Position numbers and translations under genes: made by a program. This document shows, piece by piece, positions 53,663-64,000 of a DNA stretch of 64,000 nt. The stretch spans positions 87,172,001 to 87,236,000 of the forward strand of contig NC_043002.1 of NCBI RefSeq assembly GCF_006345805.1, in the 5' to 3' direction. The DNA is from Octopus sinensis (taxonomy: Eukaryota). Within the stretch, counting starts at the first letter, position 1, and each line of letters opens with the position of its first letter. The notes under the pieces were generated by a model, which saw nothing but the letters and a program-made list of their open reading frames with translations, made no database searches and was not told where the DNA came from.

Positions 53663-53866
53663 TCATATCTCCTGTGAAAAGAAACTACTCTTCGCAGAGG
53701 AACTCACTTCATATGAAGAAGAGTCAATATTCTGTGGGTAAAACCAGCCATCTTCTTGAAGGAAATGATATTCACAATCATTTGCAACGGAGAAGCAAAG
53801 CTCAAATCCTACTGAAGTCAACATTGCTTGTCCTCTTTCCGCCTCATCTTTTGAGACATAGTTCAT
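53663..53866 (-). other. 67-codon upstream ORF or alternative first coding exon of the TMEM272-like gene
   Basis: True ATG at 53866 (gaaATG). In-frame consensus donor GAA|GTGAGT after codon 53 (53708/53707). Stop lies 29 nt before the MFA ATG. Confidence 0.45.
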
Positions 53867-54987
53867 TTCAGACTACCTATCAATGTTAATTTTTTTTAAA
53901 AGACTGTAAGGTGTGATTTTAGGGTAATTTAGTACTACTTCCAGCATGTCTACATACCATAGAGGCTCCCTCATTGGTTTATTTCTCTTTGAATATGTTG
54001 AATTAATCTGTGCAACTAACAATATTAACAAAATGGCCTGACCATTTTCCTTCATTGTATTTCAAAGAATGGGAAAATATAGTAACACTTATTTAAGATC
54101 CTTTGCGGTCAATATTTTGTGTAAAGAAATAGACATTTATTATATTGCAAGTGAATTACAAGATTCTTGTGTCCAAGCAATCAATAGCTCTTTTCAAGAG
54201 CCTATAACCTATAACAACAACAACAACAACAATAATAATAGTAATGATGATGATGATGATGATGATAACAGCAACAATAATAGCAATGGCCAAAACGACA
54301 ACAACAGGTCTCTTTGTAAGTTAATAATGACTTAGTTCTTAGGTGACGAACTCCTTAATATAATGGTAAACTTTCATTTGTAAACTAGATACGGAACCTG
54401 TTTCAGCTAGTTCCATTAATTTGCAGTGTTAGTGTTCTTGTGAAATAGGTAAATACTATATACATTTTCAATCCTTTTTGTTCGATAGAAATGAGGTTAT
54501 ATGTCTAAGTATAAAAGAAATAGCATTTACTTCTTTATGGTTGATAGTCAATAGAGTCTGGTTGACCGGTATTAGAGCAACAGTTTTCTCCATTTAACAG
54601 CGCTCAACTATTGATTCAAAGATCCGTTATATTTCATTATACGTTAGAGACGTTAATGGTAGATTATCACGTGGGAGATGGATTGAAAGAGTCGGTAAAA
54701 CATCGGACCAAAGATCTTGCAATATGTAGTTATTTGGATTAATGTTTTGATTTCAAACCTCGTCGACGTTGACTTTGCATTTCGTAAATTCAGGGGTTGA
54801 TAAATTAAGGATCAATCAAGTATTGGGATGAAATAATTGATTACACAACTCATGCTTAATCTGTACCGGTGTGTGTGTGTGTGTGTGTAAGGATTTATAT
54901 TTCTAGGGTGAGGGCACTTGGAACAAATTAGGAGCGATAAGAGGCATTTTATAATGTATTTTGTTTTATAATTTATATTATTAATGT

Positions 54988-55402
54988 GGATCTTTTCGGT
55001 TTGAACGGCAGTTTTTTCTAGCGGTGTCATATGAAATTGTCACCCATAATTATGACCCTAGTATCGATCTGTTGCATTTCAATCTGTTTTAAGGTTAGTT
55101 AGGGTTAGGGGTGGGGGGAAGGGTATCCTTTTTTTTCACAAATGTAAATAAACCCAATCTGTTTCTTAAACGAGGGACATATTCATACGGCACAGAATGT
55201 TTTTTTTACCTCAATAGACCCACTGATTGGTTGAAATTTGCAGAAATTGAAGAAAAAAACAACAAATATCTTACAAACTATAGGATTTTCTCAATAAATC
55301 CAAGAGAAAAAGATGTTTTATAAACGCATTCTACTAGTATACGAAGTTTAAAATTTTTTAGTTACCTAGAAATTATGTTAAAAACTGCCGTTCAAACCGA
55401 AA
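54988..55402. mobile_element. TTAGGG-bearing MITE (copy 3; right TIR end partly deleted)
   Basis: Same internal sequence. Ends aaccgaaa|tgtat, consistent with loss of agatcc plus part of an attaatgt TSD. Confidence 0.88.
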
Positions 55403-56329
55403 TGTATATTAAGAGTATCAATAAGCCACAAATAGACAGTTTTTGATGGCCAGTTCAATCACCATGTGCTATGGTACCTTTGTGAACCTTTCTAAAATGT
55501 GATATGTTTGTCTTGTTTTGTGGTTAGAGATATTTGATTAAAGCAGTTAATTGATAATTATATAGAGAAATGTGACTTCGGTTTATAATGTGTCTGCTCA
55601 CCTATACAATAGTAAAAAAACCCCCCAAAAAACGGAGGTATGGTTAGCTTCACCAGCTACCCATACAGCTATCCTTCATCAGAAAATTTATCGCGTATAT
55701 AGTGCATTTTACTTAGATTCAGTAGTAGACAGAGCAGTCAACTCACAGTGGAAAAATTAAATGACTTGGATTATACGATGTTTATTTACACTTAATAGTA
55801 CTTAGCACAGACGCAGGCATAGAATGATTGACCCGCTGCTTGAGCAGATGTATTAAGTGTTTTATTAAATATTTGTGTTCACATTAATCCGGCGTCACAC
55901 CATATGGGTATTTCACTGTAGGATTAATTTGATCATAATGCTGACAATTTAAAAAGAATGAAGTACGGACAACTGTATTTTGACAAAAAGGAACAAACTG
56001 GTTCATAATGTATGTATCCATGTATATATGTTTAATTTACTGTCTCAATATTAAAAATTACTTTAGTTGAATGTTACGGCAAGAATATTTTAATTAATCA
56101 TATGTTGTCAAGTCTATATACATAGATACGTGTATATTGTCGAATTATATTTAAGACACGTTCCATATTATGTCGTCATTGTACTTTGTTTACTAACTAC
56201 GAAATACTATCATAAATTCATTGATTCATGATTCATTCGTGCAGTAAGAAAAAGAAGGTTTGCCAATATAACTAACACTCTGATTATCTGAAATTTGAAT
56301 TTAGTGCGATTTCCCACCGTCACCTTCCA

Positions 56330-57100
56330 CAATTCTGTACTTAGCTGTGAATTTATGAAATATGATTGCCTGAATGGACATTTCACCAACAAACTTGGTG
56401 AATTAACAAGCAAACCACTGAACTTCTTCCGGAATTTACGGCAGAAATACAACGGCTGCAAAACAATTACTGCTATGCTTATTACCGAGTCTACACTTCA
56501 TCTCTGGACGTTGATTGTCTAACATAAATTGGTCCTAATGGCAGCTAGAATTGGAAGCTCATATTCCATAAGTAATACTTTGTTAACGTGAGCTTGTTCA
56601 CCATTTATGGAAAATGCTTTGCACCGGTATTATCTACTCCTGACATATGCCTGTTTTGTTGATGGTATCAAATTGTTAGAGAGATACTATTTTGTAGAAG
56701 CCTCACAACGCCCAAGTTTCACGTCTGAAGAGGTTATCGGTGAAATTACTAACGATTACTTAAAAAAAAAAATGGAAATCAATTTCAACACCGTAGTTGC
56801 ATTCTCTGTTATGATGGATAATCCCATGGTTGTCCAATTTGATGAAAGGTAACAATCATTCGTGATCGCGTTTGTCACAAAGGAAATTTGGTTGCCAAGG
56901 TTTCAACTGAATTAAATGGGAAAATCTCACGTGCTGTTACATTGATAGGCAACGGAAGGAAATTCAAAGACCGAACGTCTTTTCCACCATTTGTGTGGAG
57001 TGAAAGATAAAAATAATTGTTGCTGTGCAATGCGTTCTCTACTGATTCTTCAAAGATAATCACTTGTATCGCCTTATGCAACTCTATGATAGCTTTCTTG
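56330..57100 (+). pseudogene. hAT (Buster/Charlie, ZBED5/SCAND3-like) transposase relic
   Basis: HFTNKLGELTSKPLNFFRNLRQK resembles HxxTKHxxLxxKPxxFFxRK, and downstream ...VVQFDE recalls the ALQxDES motif. Many stops. Confidence 0.55.
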
Positions 57101-57925
57101 ATGTTTTTTTTTGCGATTAATCATTAGTTAAATCATTTGTTATTGACAGATGTAAATCACTTGCCAATTTTCTAAGTGATAGTTTTGGTACCGTCGATGA
57201 AACACCTTGGAAAGAAAGACATACCTTGAAGCAAAAATGAAAATTCTGAGATTCACAGAGATGATTTTCTGCTTCACACAATAGTTCAACACTGATTTCT
57301 ACCGATGTCTGTTAGCTACTACAGGCTTGTGATATTCCACATTTTATCGTTGTAGTAATTTGCCATCACTTGTCTCAGCTAGAAATATCGCTCAAGAACC
57401 GATGTACTGAATTAGTTATTTTTCACTTCCATCATGGTATGTGTAGCAAAATTTTGGGTGTGATCTCAATGATGTAGCAGTACGGAATGATGAATCTATC
57501 AAAAGTATAGTATTGTGGTATAAGCATTTCCACTCGCGTTTCCGGGAAAGCCGTATGCAAATATTCTTTACTAGCTTAAAGACTACTTAGTTTGTTTTGT
57601 TCTTACTATGATCATATACATGAAGCAAAACAAGCTTAATACTACCAAAGAAGATTTACGCCTGCTATTGACTAGACCTCAAGATGGAACATCAGCCACA
57701 AGGTTCTCATTGACGATTATTTGGTATGTTTGTTATGTAACAATAGTGTACCTTCCTAGAGTAAATAAATTGGTCTATTTGGTCTAATTTATAGTTAGTA
57801 ATAAATAAACAAATAATTATCAGGTGACATTTCCATGCTAGATTAAAATTTGGGAGGAAAATGGTGGAAAAGATGAAGAAGCACTGGACTGCATTCTCAT
57901 CCTAAAAATCGATATTGCGCATATC

Positions 57926-57969
57926 TCCTCCTCCTCCTCCTCCTCCTACTACTACTACTACTACTACTA

Positions 57970-58007
<38 letters not shown>

Positions 58008-58017
58008 ATAATAATAA
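57926..58017. repeat. (CTC)n-(CTA)n-(AAT)n graded microsatellite
   Basis: Direct reading. Confidence 0.95.
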
Positions 58018-58574
58018 CTGCCCTGATATAGTACCAGGCAGTGGCTCTCATGGCTTCTAATCTTATCTGATTGGAAGTGTTATCATGTACATTGTTTTGT
58101 CTTGGTATAAGAGATGGGCTACAGCAAATATTCCGCTCAAGGCCACAGTTTTACTTGTCAGTTATTTGACCATAAGCAGCTGAGCATGTCCCTTAGTGCT
58201 GATGATGTTTGCATCTCCGATCACGAGCAGAAGTAGCGGGGGAGCATCATAGCCATGTGTTGAGAAGAGTTCTTTAGGATTTGAATAATTCACATTTGAA
58301 AACATGGGTGATTCATTCATCATCCTTAATAGAAACCTTATTCAGAGACCTTTTGAGCAGGATGGGCTACTTGATCTGAAGAAAATTCTAACTGGGTCCC
58401 GCCTGCAAGGTTTGCGCTGTTTACTTTGGAATGAGATCACCATGCTGTAGCACATATAGTTGTGATGCATGTGCTTAGTGTACCCTTATCAGAAAGATAG
58501 TCATGATGGGTATATTGAGCTTCATATATTTGTACCCCAGTGTCACTTTGATGGCATGCACTACTCTCTCACTC
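58018..58574. mobile_element. Unclassified non-coding element of about 557 bp bounded by (AAT)n on both sides
   Basis: Higher-complexity segment with sharp AAT boundaries, no ORF, no TIRs and no tRNA head seen. Classified as an interspersed repeat by inference; single copy in the window. Confidence 0.5.
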
Positions 58575-58613
58575 AATAATAATGATAATAATAATATTAA
58601 TAATAATAATAAT

Positions 58614-58650
<37 letters not shown>

Positions 58651-58726
58651 ATTATTATATTATTATATTATTATTATTATTATTATATTATTATTATTAT
58701 TATTATATATTATTATTATTATTATT

Positions 58727-59777
58727 CAGTAGTTTTATTTTTATAGCGTGCTTTCACTTCACTACCGAGCGCAGCTCTGTGTGCCTTGGGTATGTGCTGT
58801 GATTTGTTGTGATGCTCTGATGGTTATTGTATGGAAAGTGTTCTGCGTAGGATGTGTGCAGTGCCTAGTAGTGCAATTTTCTGTATGTTATATGTGTTTG
58901 TAAGTCCTGGTGTTTTTGTTATGTATTTGTCTGAATATTTTTTTATCATGCCTAATGCATCTACTATGATAGGAATTGTTTCTGTTTTCAGGTTCCACAT
59001 TCTAGTTACCTCTATTTCCAGGTCTTTGTATTTTGAGAGTTTCTCCATTTCTTTTAGAGACACGTTGTCATCAGCCGGTATTGATACATCAATTAGAAAG
59101 CATTTTTTTTCTTCATGATCTCTGACAACTATATCTGGTCTGTTGGCCTTAATTTCTCTATCTGTGTGTATCGGCATATCCCAAAGTATGGTTGCTTTCT
59201 CGTTTTCTGTGACCTTTTCTGGTGTGTGCCTATACCATCTTTTTTCTGTTGTTATTCCATAATGTTGGCATAGTTTCCAATGTATGTAGGTTCCAACTCT
59301 GTCATGTCTGTGAATATATTCCTTCTTAGCCAGGACTGGGCAGCTAGAGATAATATGATTTATTGTTTCTTGTCCATCTCCACATATTCTGCAGTTACTT
59401 GTAATATTTCTTTTCATTACATGTTTTTGGTAATTTCTGGTGGGGAGGCTTTGGTCTTGTGCTGCAATTAAAAATCCCTCTGTTTCTGCTTTGAGTCCTG
59501 AGCTTCTCAACCATTGCTGGGATTTTTCTTTGTCTATTTCTTTTGCGTTTAGTTTAGTGCAGTATTTACCATGAAGGGGCTTTTCTTGCCATCGTTTTAT
59601 CATGGTTCGTTGCTGTTCTATTTTTAGTTTGGATTTCAATTGTTTTATAGCTTTTGTTGTTTCTTCATAATCTTCTTCTTCTTCTTTGTGTTTATTAGGT
59701 GGTATGATTTCTTGTTTGTATTTGACAGCTTCCTTAAATACTGAGAACAGTTTTTTGTTTTGCTCGTGTTTTGCTGC

Positions 59778-59778
<1 letters not shown>
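58727..59778 (-). mobile_element. Young 5'-truncated R4/Dong RLE retrotransposon (open frame 58824-59778)
   Basis: About 315 uninterrupted codons: LHGKY, WLRSSGLKAETEGFLIAAQDQ, CRICGDGQETINHIISSC (CCHC), RPDIVVRD...LIDVSIP...EKLSKYKDLEIE (RLE), KIALLGTAHILRRTLSIQ*. (AAT)n on both sides of the sense strand. Confidence 0.95.
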
Positions 59779-59822
<44 letters not shown>

Positions 59823-59837
59823 CATTATTACTACTAC

Positions 59838-59909
<72 letters not shown>

Positions 59910-59922
59910 TATTATTATTATT

Positions 59923-60145
59923 AAGGCAGCGAGTTGGCAGAATCCTTGATACACACCGGACAAAATGTTTAGCGGCATTTAGTCCAGCTTTATGTTGTTA
60001 CTTCAAATTACACCGAGGCCACCTTTGCCATTCATCCTTTCACAGTCGTTGAAATAAGGATCAGTTGAGCCCTGGGTTAGATGAAATCGAGTGATGACCC
60101 ATCACCCCCGCAACCAGTTGCTGGCCTCATGCCAAAATTAGAAAT
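59923..60145 (+). mobile_element. SINE family A, tail type 1, diverged
   Basis: attattaaggcagcgagttggcagaatc... Confidence 0.78.
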
Positions 60146-61299
60146 TGTAATAACTATTATTAAAGGAGAGGAGTGACAGAAATGTAGGGACATACTTCTT
60201 GGTACTGAGTTTGAGGATGCTTGGTTGGCTGAACCATTAGGGTTTCAGAGAACATGTCTTATGCCATTTGCTGTAGTTTTTAGCTTTCTGAGTTCAAATC
60301 CTACTGAAGTTAACTTGGCTTTTCATGCATTTTGGGTAATGAAATAAAACACAATTCAAGTACTGCAGTCAGTTTAATAACTAACCTCTTTCCCCATATT
60401 CTGATCTCGTGCCTTTGTTAGAAAGTGTAATTGTTGTTGTTGTTATTGCTGTGAGTGTTGTCTTGTTACTCAGAGTTTGAGTGATAATTTGGTTCTGCTA
60501 CATTGACGGCAATAATGTCTGTTAAATTCAAGACTTTAATTATTTAAAACTATTTTTTAACGTTACAATAAGTGAAGTAAGTGAGTGGTGTCAACTGTTT
60601 CAATGACCCAGTGAGGAAATTGCTTAACAAAAGCATTTCATATGTGAGAGGCGTAAACAATCTGAAAGGATGAGGAAGCTATATATCAGAAAAGTTTTTA
60701 AGTGGGCGGTGTCAAACATAACCAACCAGTAATGAATCTGTTTGTCAGAAAGATTTTCTGCCAATCAATGACAAATCTATACGCCAGGAACATTCTGTAC
60801 GTGGGAGGTGTCAGACCTATCAACCAATAATTGGTTTATATGTCAGAAATAGTTTGTAAGTGAAACGTTTTGATCAATAACAAATGCTTTGATCAGTAAC
60901 AATCAACTAAATTGTGATATACATAATTATAATATATCTCACCAGTAGACATGAGTTGGTTTATAACAAAGAGTTCGTTATGGCTATATATCTGACTAGC
61001 AGTCATAAGTTTTCTTTGAATTTCTGAGATGAGAATTATCGTTATTCTGCACTAGTATAAAGTCGGTGACGCGGCAAAACCGTTAGAGAACCAGGAAAAA
61101 ATGTAGTATTTGCTTAAGTTCAAATACTTCCGTGATGAACTAAGCCCTTCACTCCTCCGGTGTCGATAAAATAAAGTATCAGTGAAGTACTGGGGTTATT
61201 GTAAACGGCTTCACCCTAAAAATTGTTGGCTTTGTATCTAAACCAGAAACTATAAAAGGGATAGTTAGAAGGTTGGCAAAAATGACTTTAAACCAATAC

Positions 61300-61611
61300 G
61301 TGGAGGCACATGGCCTAGTGGTTAGAGCAGCGGACTCGCGGTCGAGGGATCGCGGGTTCGAATCTCAGACCGGACGATGTGTGTGTTTATGAGCGAAACA
61401 CCTAAGCTCCACGCGGCTTCGGCAGAAGGTAATGGCGAAACTTCTGCTGACTCTTTCACCACAACTTTCTCTCAATCTTTCCTCCTACATCTTGCAGCAC
61501 ACCTGCGACGGACCGGCGTCCCGTCCAGGTGGGGAACCTATACGCCAAGAAACCGGGAAACCGGCCCTTATGAGCCAGGCATCGCTCGAGAAGGAACAAA
61601 CAAACAACAAA
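61300..61611 (+). mobile_element. tRNA(Arg)-like SINE, family D, tail type 2
   Basis: A box TGGCCTAGTGG, B box GGTTCGAATC. 15-bp TSD actttaaaccaatac at 61285-61299 and 61612-61626; (CAAA)n tail. Confidence 0.9.
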
Positions 61612-62529
61612 ACTTTAAACCAATACTTTTCGTTTTGAGCTATAATCTCGCAGAAATTAACACTATCCTTGTGAGTTTAATAAAAACTTTGGTTAGAAAT
61701 TGTGAGAATATAATTGTATATGATAAGTACATGAAGAACTTCAGCGAGTTACAATGCTCGAAATATTGTGACTATAACAACCCCAAAAATGAGAATACAT
61801 GTCCGAATATATTAATGTATAATAAAGCAGTAATAACAAATTAGGTTTAGTATTCATGAAATTGTTTTATTTCTTTTTAGCAGATGAACATGCAAAACGT
61901 CAAAATGAGTCAGTTGTTGAAAAATATAAAAAAAAAATCTCGCTATCTTTTACTTTCATTATCTTAATCTATTTCGCCCATCTCTTTAACGTAAAATCGT
62001 TAACTATCTCTTAATTCTATTCTTCCAGCTTCAACTAACTCTTGTCACCGTTCGCGCATTCAGTAGATAAAGCCGTTGCCTAATCTAACGTATAAATCTG
62101 CATTTATATGAAATTATATTTCGGTGAAAGAAATTTTAACTGAAGTTTCTTGATAAGCAATAAAAATAAATCTTAATTGAATAATGAATAAACATTCAGA
62201 TGAATATCTCTTTTCTTTAAATATCATATAGGAGCAGAACACCATCAATTTCTGTGATAAGTTGACGTGTCACTTTTGGAATAATCTGGAAGTATATAAT
62301 TAACGAGGTGAGCAGGTAGGAGCGTTAGAGAAAAAATGCTTGGCAGTCTTGTTCTGGATCCTAACTTTCTGATTTCAAATCCTGATAACGTTGCCTTTCA
62401 TCTCTCTGGGGATGACAAAGTAAACTACCAACCAAGTACTGGGGTCGATGATACCGACTAACCCCTCCTCTCAAAATTGCTATCCTTGTTCCTAAATGAG
62501 AAATTCCTATTTTTAGTAACCTTATTTTG

Positions 62530-62900
62530 ATTGAATGCTTTCACTGCTCTGATGCCTTGGTCATGCGTAGGGTTTCGTTTTTGATTGAGTTTTCTTTCGT
62601 ATCGTAGGTTCCCTAAGTAAAATGTACGTAGTGCTTACTAGTGCTACGTCATGTATGCTGAGTATATGCGTAAGTCATGAGAATTTCATTATGTATTCTT
62701 TGGCGTTTTTGTTAATCATTCCTAATGCACCACCTCTTATTAAACGGAATGTTTCTGTTTTCATTTCATCGTTATCTCTATTTCCAGATTTTTATATCTA
62801 AAGAACTCCTCAATTTCTTTTTGAGTTTAGAAACACATTTTTGTCTTTGGATCAAAAAACATTTTCTTTCCTAGTTCTTGAAAATAATATCCAGTCGATT
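62530..62900 (-). mobile_element. Degenerate R4/Dong 3' fragment
   Basis: Minus-strand remnants of the EKLxKYKDLEIEI..M.MKTETIP...GALGMI region. Confidence 0.6.
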
Positions 62901-63784
62901 AACCTTGATCTAGCTGTCTGTATATTCTGGAATATACCACAGGATGATCACATTGTCAACTGAGATACTTTTTCAATTGCTATCTAAATATGCTTTAAAA
63001 CACAAATATTATATATTTCTTCAGCTATGTATTTCCTTTTAGATAATACACATAGAACATGAAAACTAATCTACCCTAACCATATAATGTGGCATATTCA
63101 TTTTAATTTGATTTAATTACTTGAAGCAATGATGAGCAAAATTATTATAAAATTGATTAAAATGCCTTGTGGCGATTAGTTACGCCCCTTTAAGTCCTGA
63201 GTTCAAAATCCCACTGAAATCAAATTTGTCTTTCACCTCTCTGTGTTCGGTAAAATATCGTAGCAGTCAAGTATAGGGATGAATATGAGTGGCTCTATGC
63301 AAATATTATTAATCGTTATTACATCTTAATGCTAAAGAATGTTTAATTTATTGAATTTATAAAGACGAAATGATGCTTAGAGGTGAAAAATTTAAGAAAC
63401 ATTGTTATAAGTACATTTTTACAACTTAGCAGCATAACATGAAGATCTTTGGAAAAATTCCAGTCAAATGAATCTTTTTTAATGATCTCTCGGGTATGAA
63501 GAAAGATTTTATGAACGAGAGGTACTACCTAATTCAGAGACAATTCTAGCCGTGTAGGCTGGTAGTTCCCAAATTATTTTGTCGTGGAACGTTAAACATT
63601 TTCGCCATAAGTCTTGGAAATCATATCTATATTTTACAGACAACTACGCCTCCAATTTTCGCAAGACATTAAATGAAACAAAAATTGTTTTAGAGAGAGA
63701 ATTCATTAATAAAAAGACAATTTCATGCAATAACTTCGTATTGAGCTGTCAGTTCCGATATTATTGACGTGATTAGAATTTTGC

Positions 63785-63895
63785 AAGAAAGAATCGCAAA
63801 ACGGATTCTTCAAGCCGAGTCAACCGGTAGGAGACCTAGAGATAGATCAAGAAAAAGATGGTTGGATGATATACATGGTCTGAGTGGGTCATGTT
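63785..63895 (+). mobile_element. RTE-type LINE 3' fragment
   Basis: ERIAKRILQAESTGRRPRDRSRKRWLDDIHGL (GxRxRGRPRxRWxD motif). Confidence 0.65.
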
Positions 63896-64000
63896 TCGGA
63901 ATGTCTAATAACAGCTGATTCTAATAACACCCTATAAAGGAGGTACCTGAGAACTTTACCCATACGACCCTTTAAAGAATAATGAGCAGAGAAAATGGAT

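Noticed and set aside
53625-53671. Direct splice of the 53625 donor to exon 3 read as ...FKNVC-G-LYTV
   Set aside because: That frame has no start codon and is closed upstream. The 172-nt exon at 52570-52741 gives a fully consistent ATG-initiated model.
58197-58240. CTGATGA hammerhead-ribozyme core
   Set aside because: No properly spaced GAAA or stem II/III pairing could be built by eye.
59779-59978. N-terminal 65 aa (poly-Ile) of the 384-aa ORF
   Set aside because: This is read-through from a SINE and the (AAT)n array. The genuine retrotransposon frame begins at about 59778.

Overview
This is AT-rich eukaryotic (animal) genomic DNA, dense in microsatellites, tRNA-derived SINEs, LINE relics and DNA transposons. 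The repeat landscape resembles an octopus/coleoid cephalopod genome; that is inference from repeat style, not from a database search. No prokaryotic features or CRISPR arrays are present. I can reconstruct one host gene, a TMEM272-like 4-TM membrane protein on the minus strand: complement(join(22990..23459, 41279..41338, 52570..52741, 53625..53633)), 711 nt, 236 aa, with all introns GT-AG and phases consistent. The ORF track captures only its last exon. Its 5' end has a second in-frame donor that would turn a 67-codon uORF into an alternative 53-aa N-terminus. The rest of the window holds R4/Dong-type RLE retrotransposons tied to (AAT)n arrays, RTE, CR1/L2 and Tx1 relics, three mariner lineages, hAT and Chapaev-like relics, several MITEs (one carrying TTAGGG repeats, in three copies), modular SINE families, and several foldback or templated-inversion structures. 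Almost all other ORFs in the track are microsatellite or SINE artefacts. Repeat coordinates were read by eye and may be off by a few bases.
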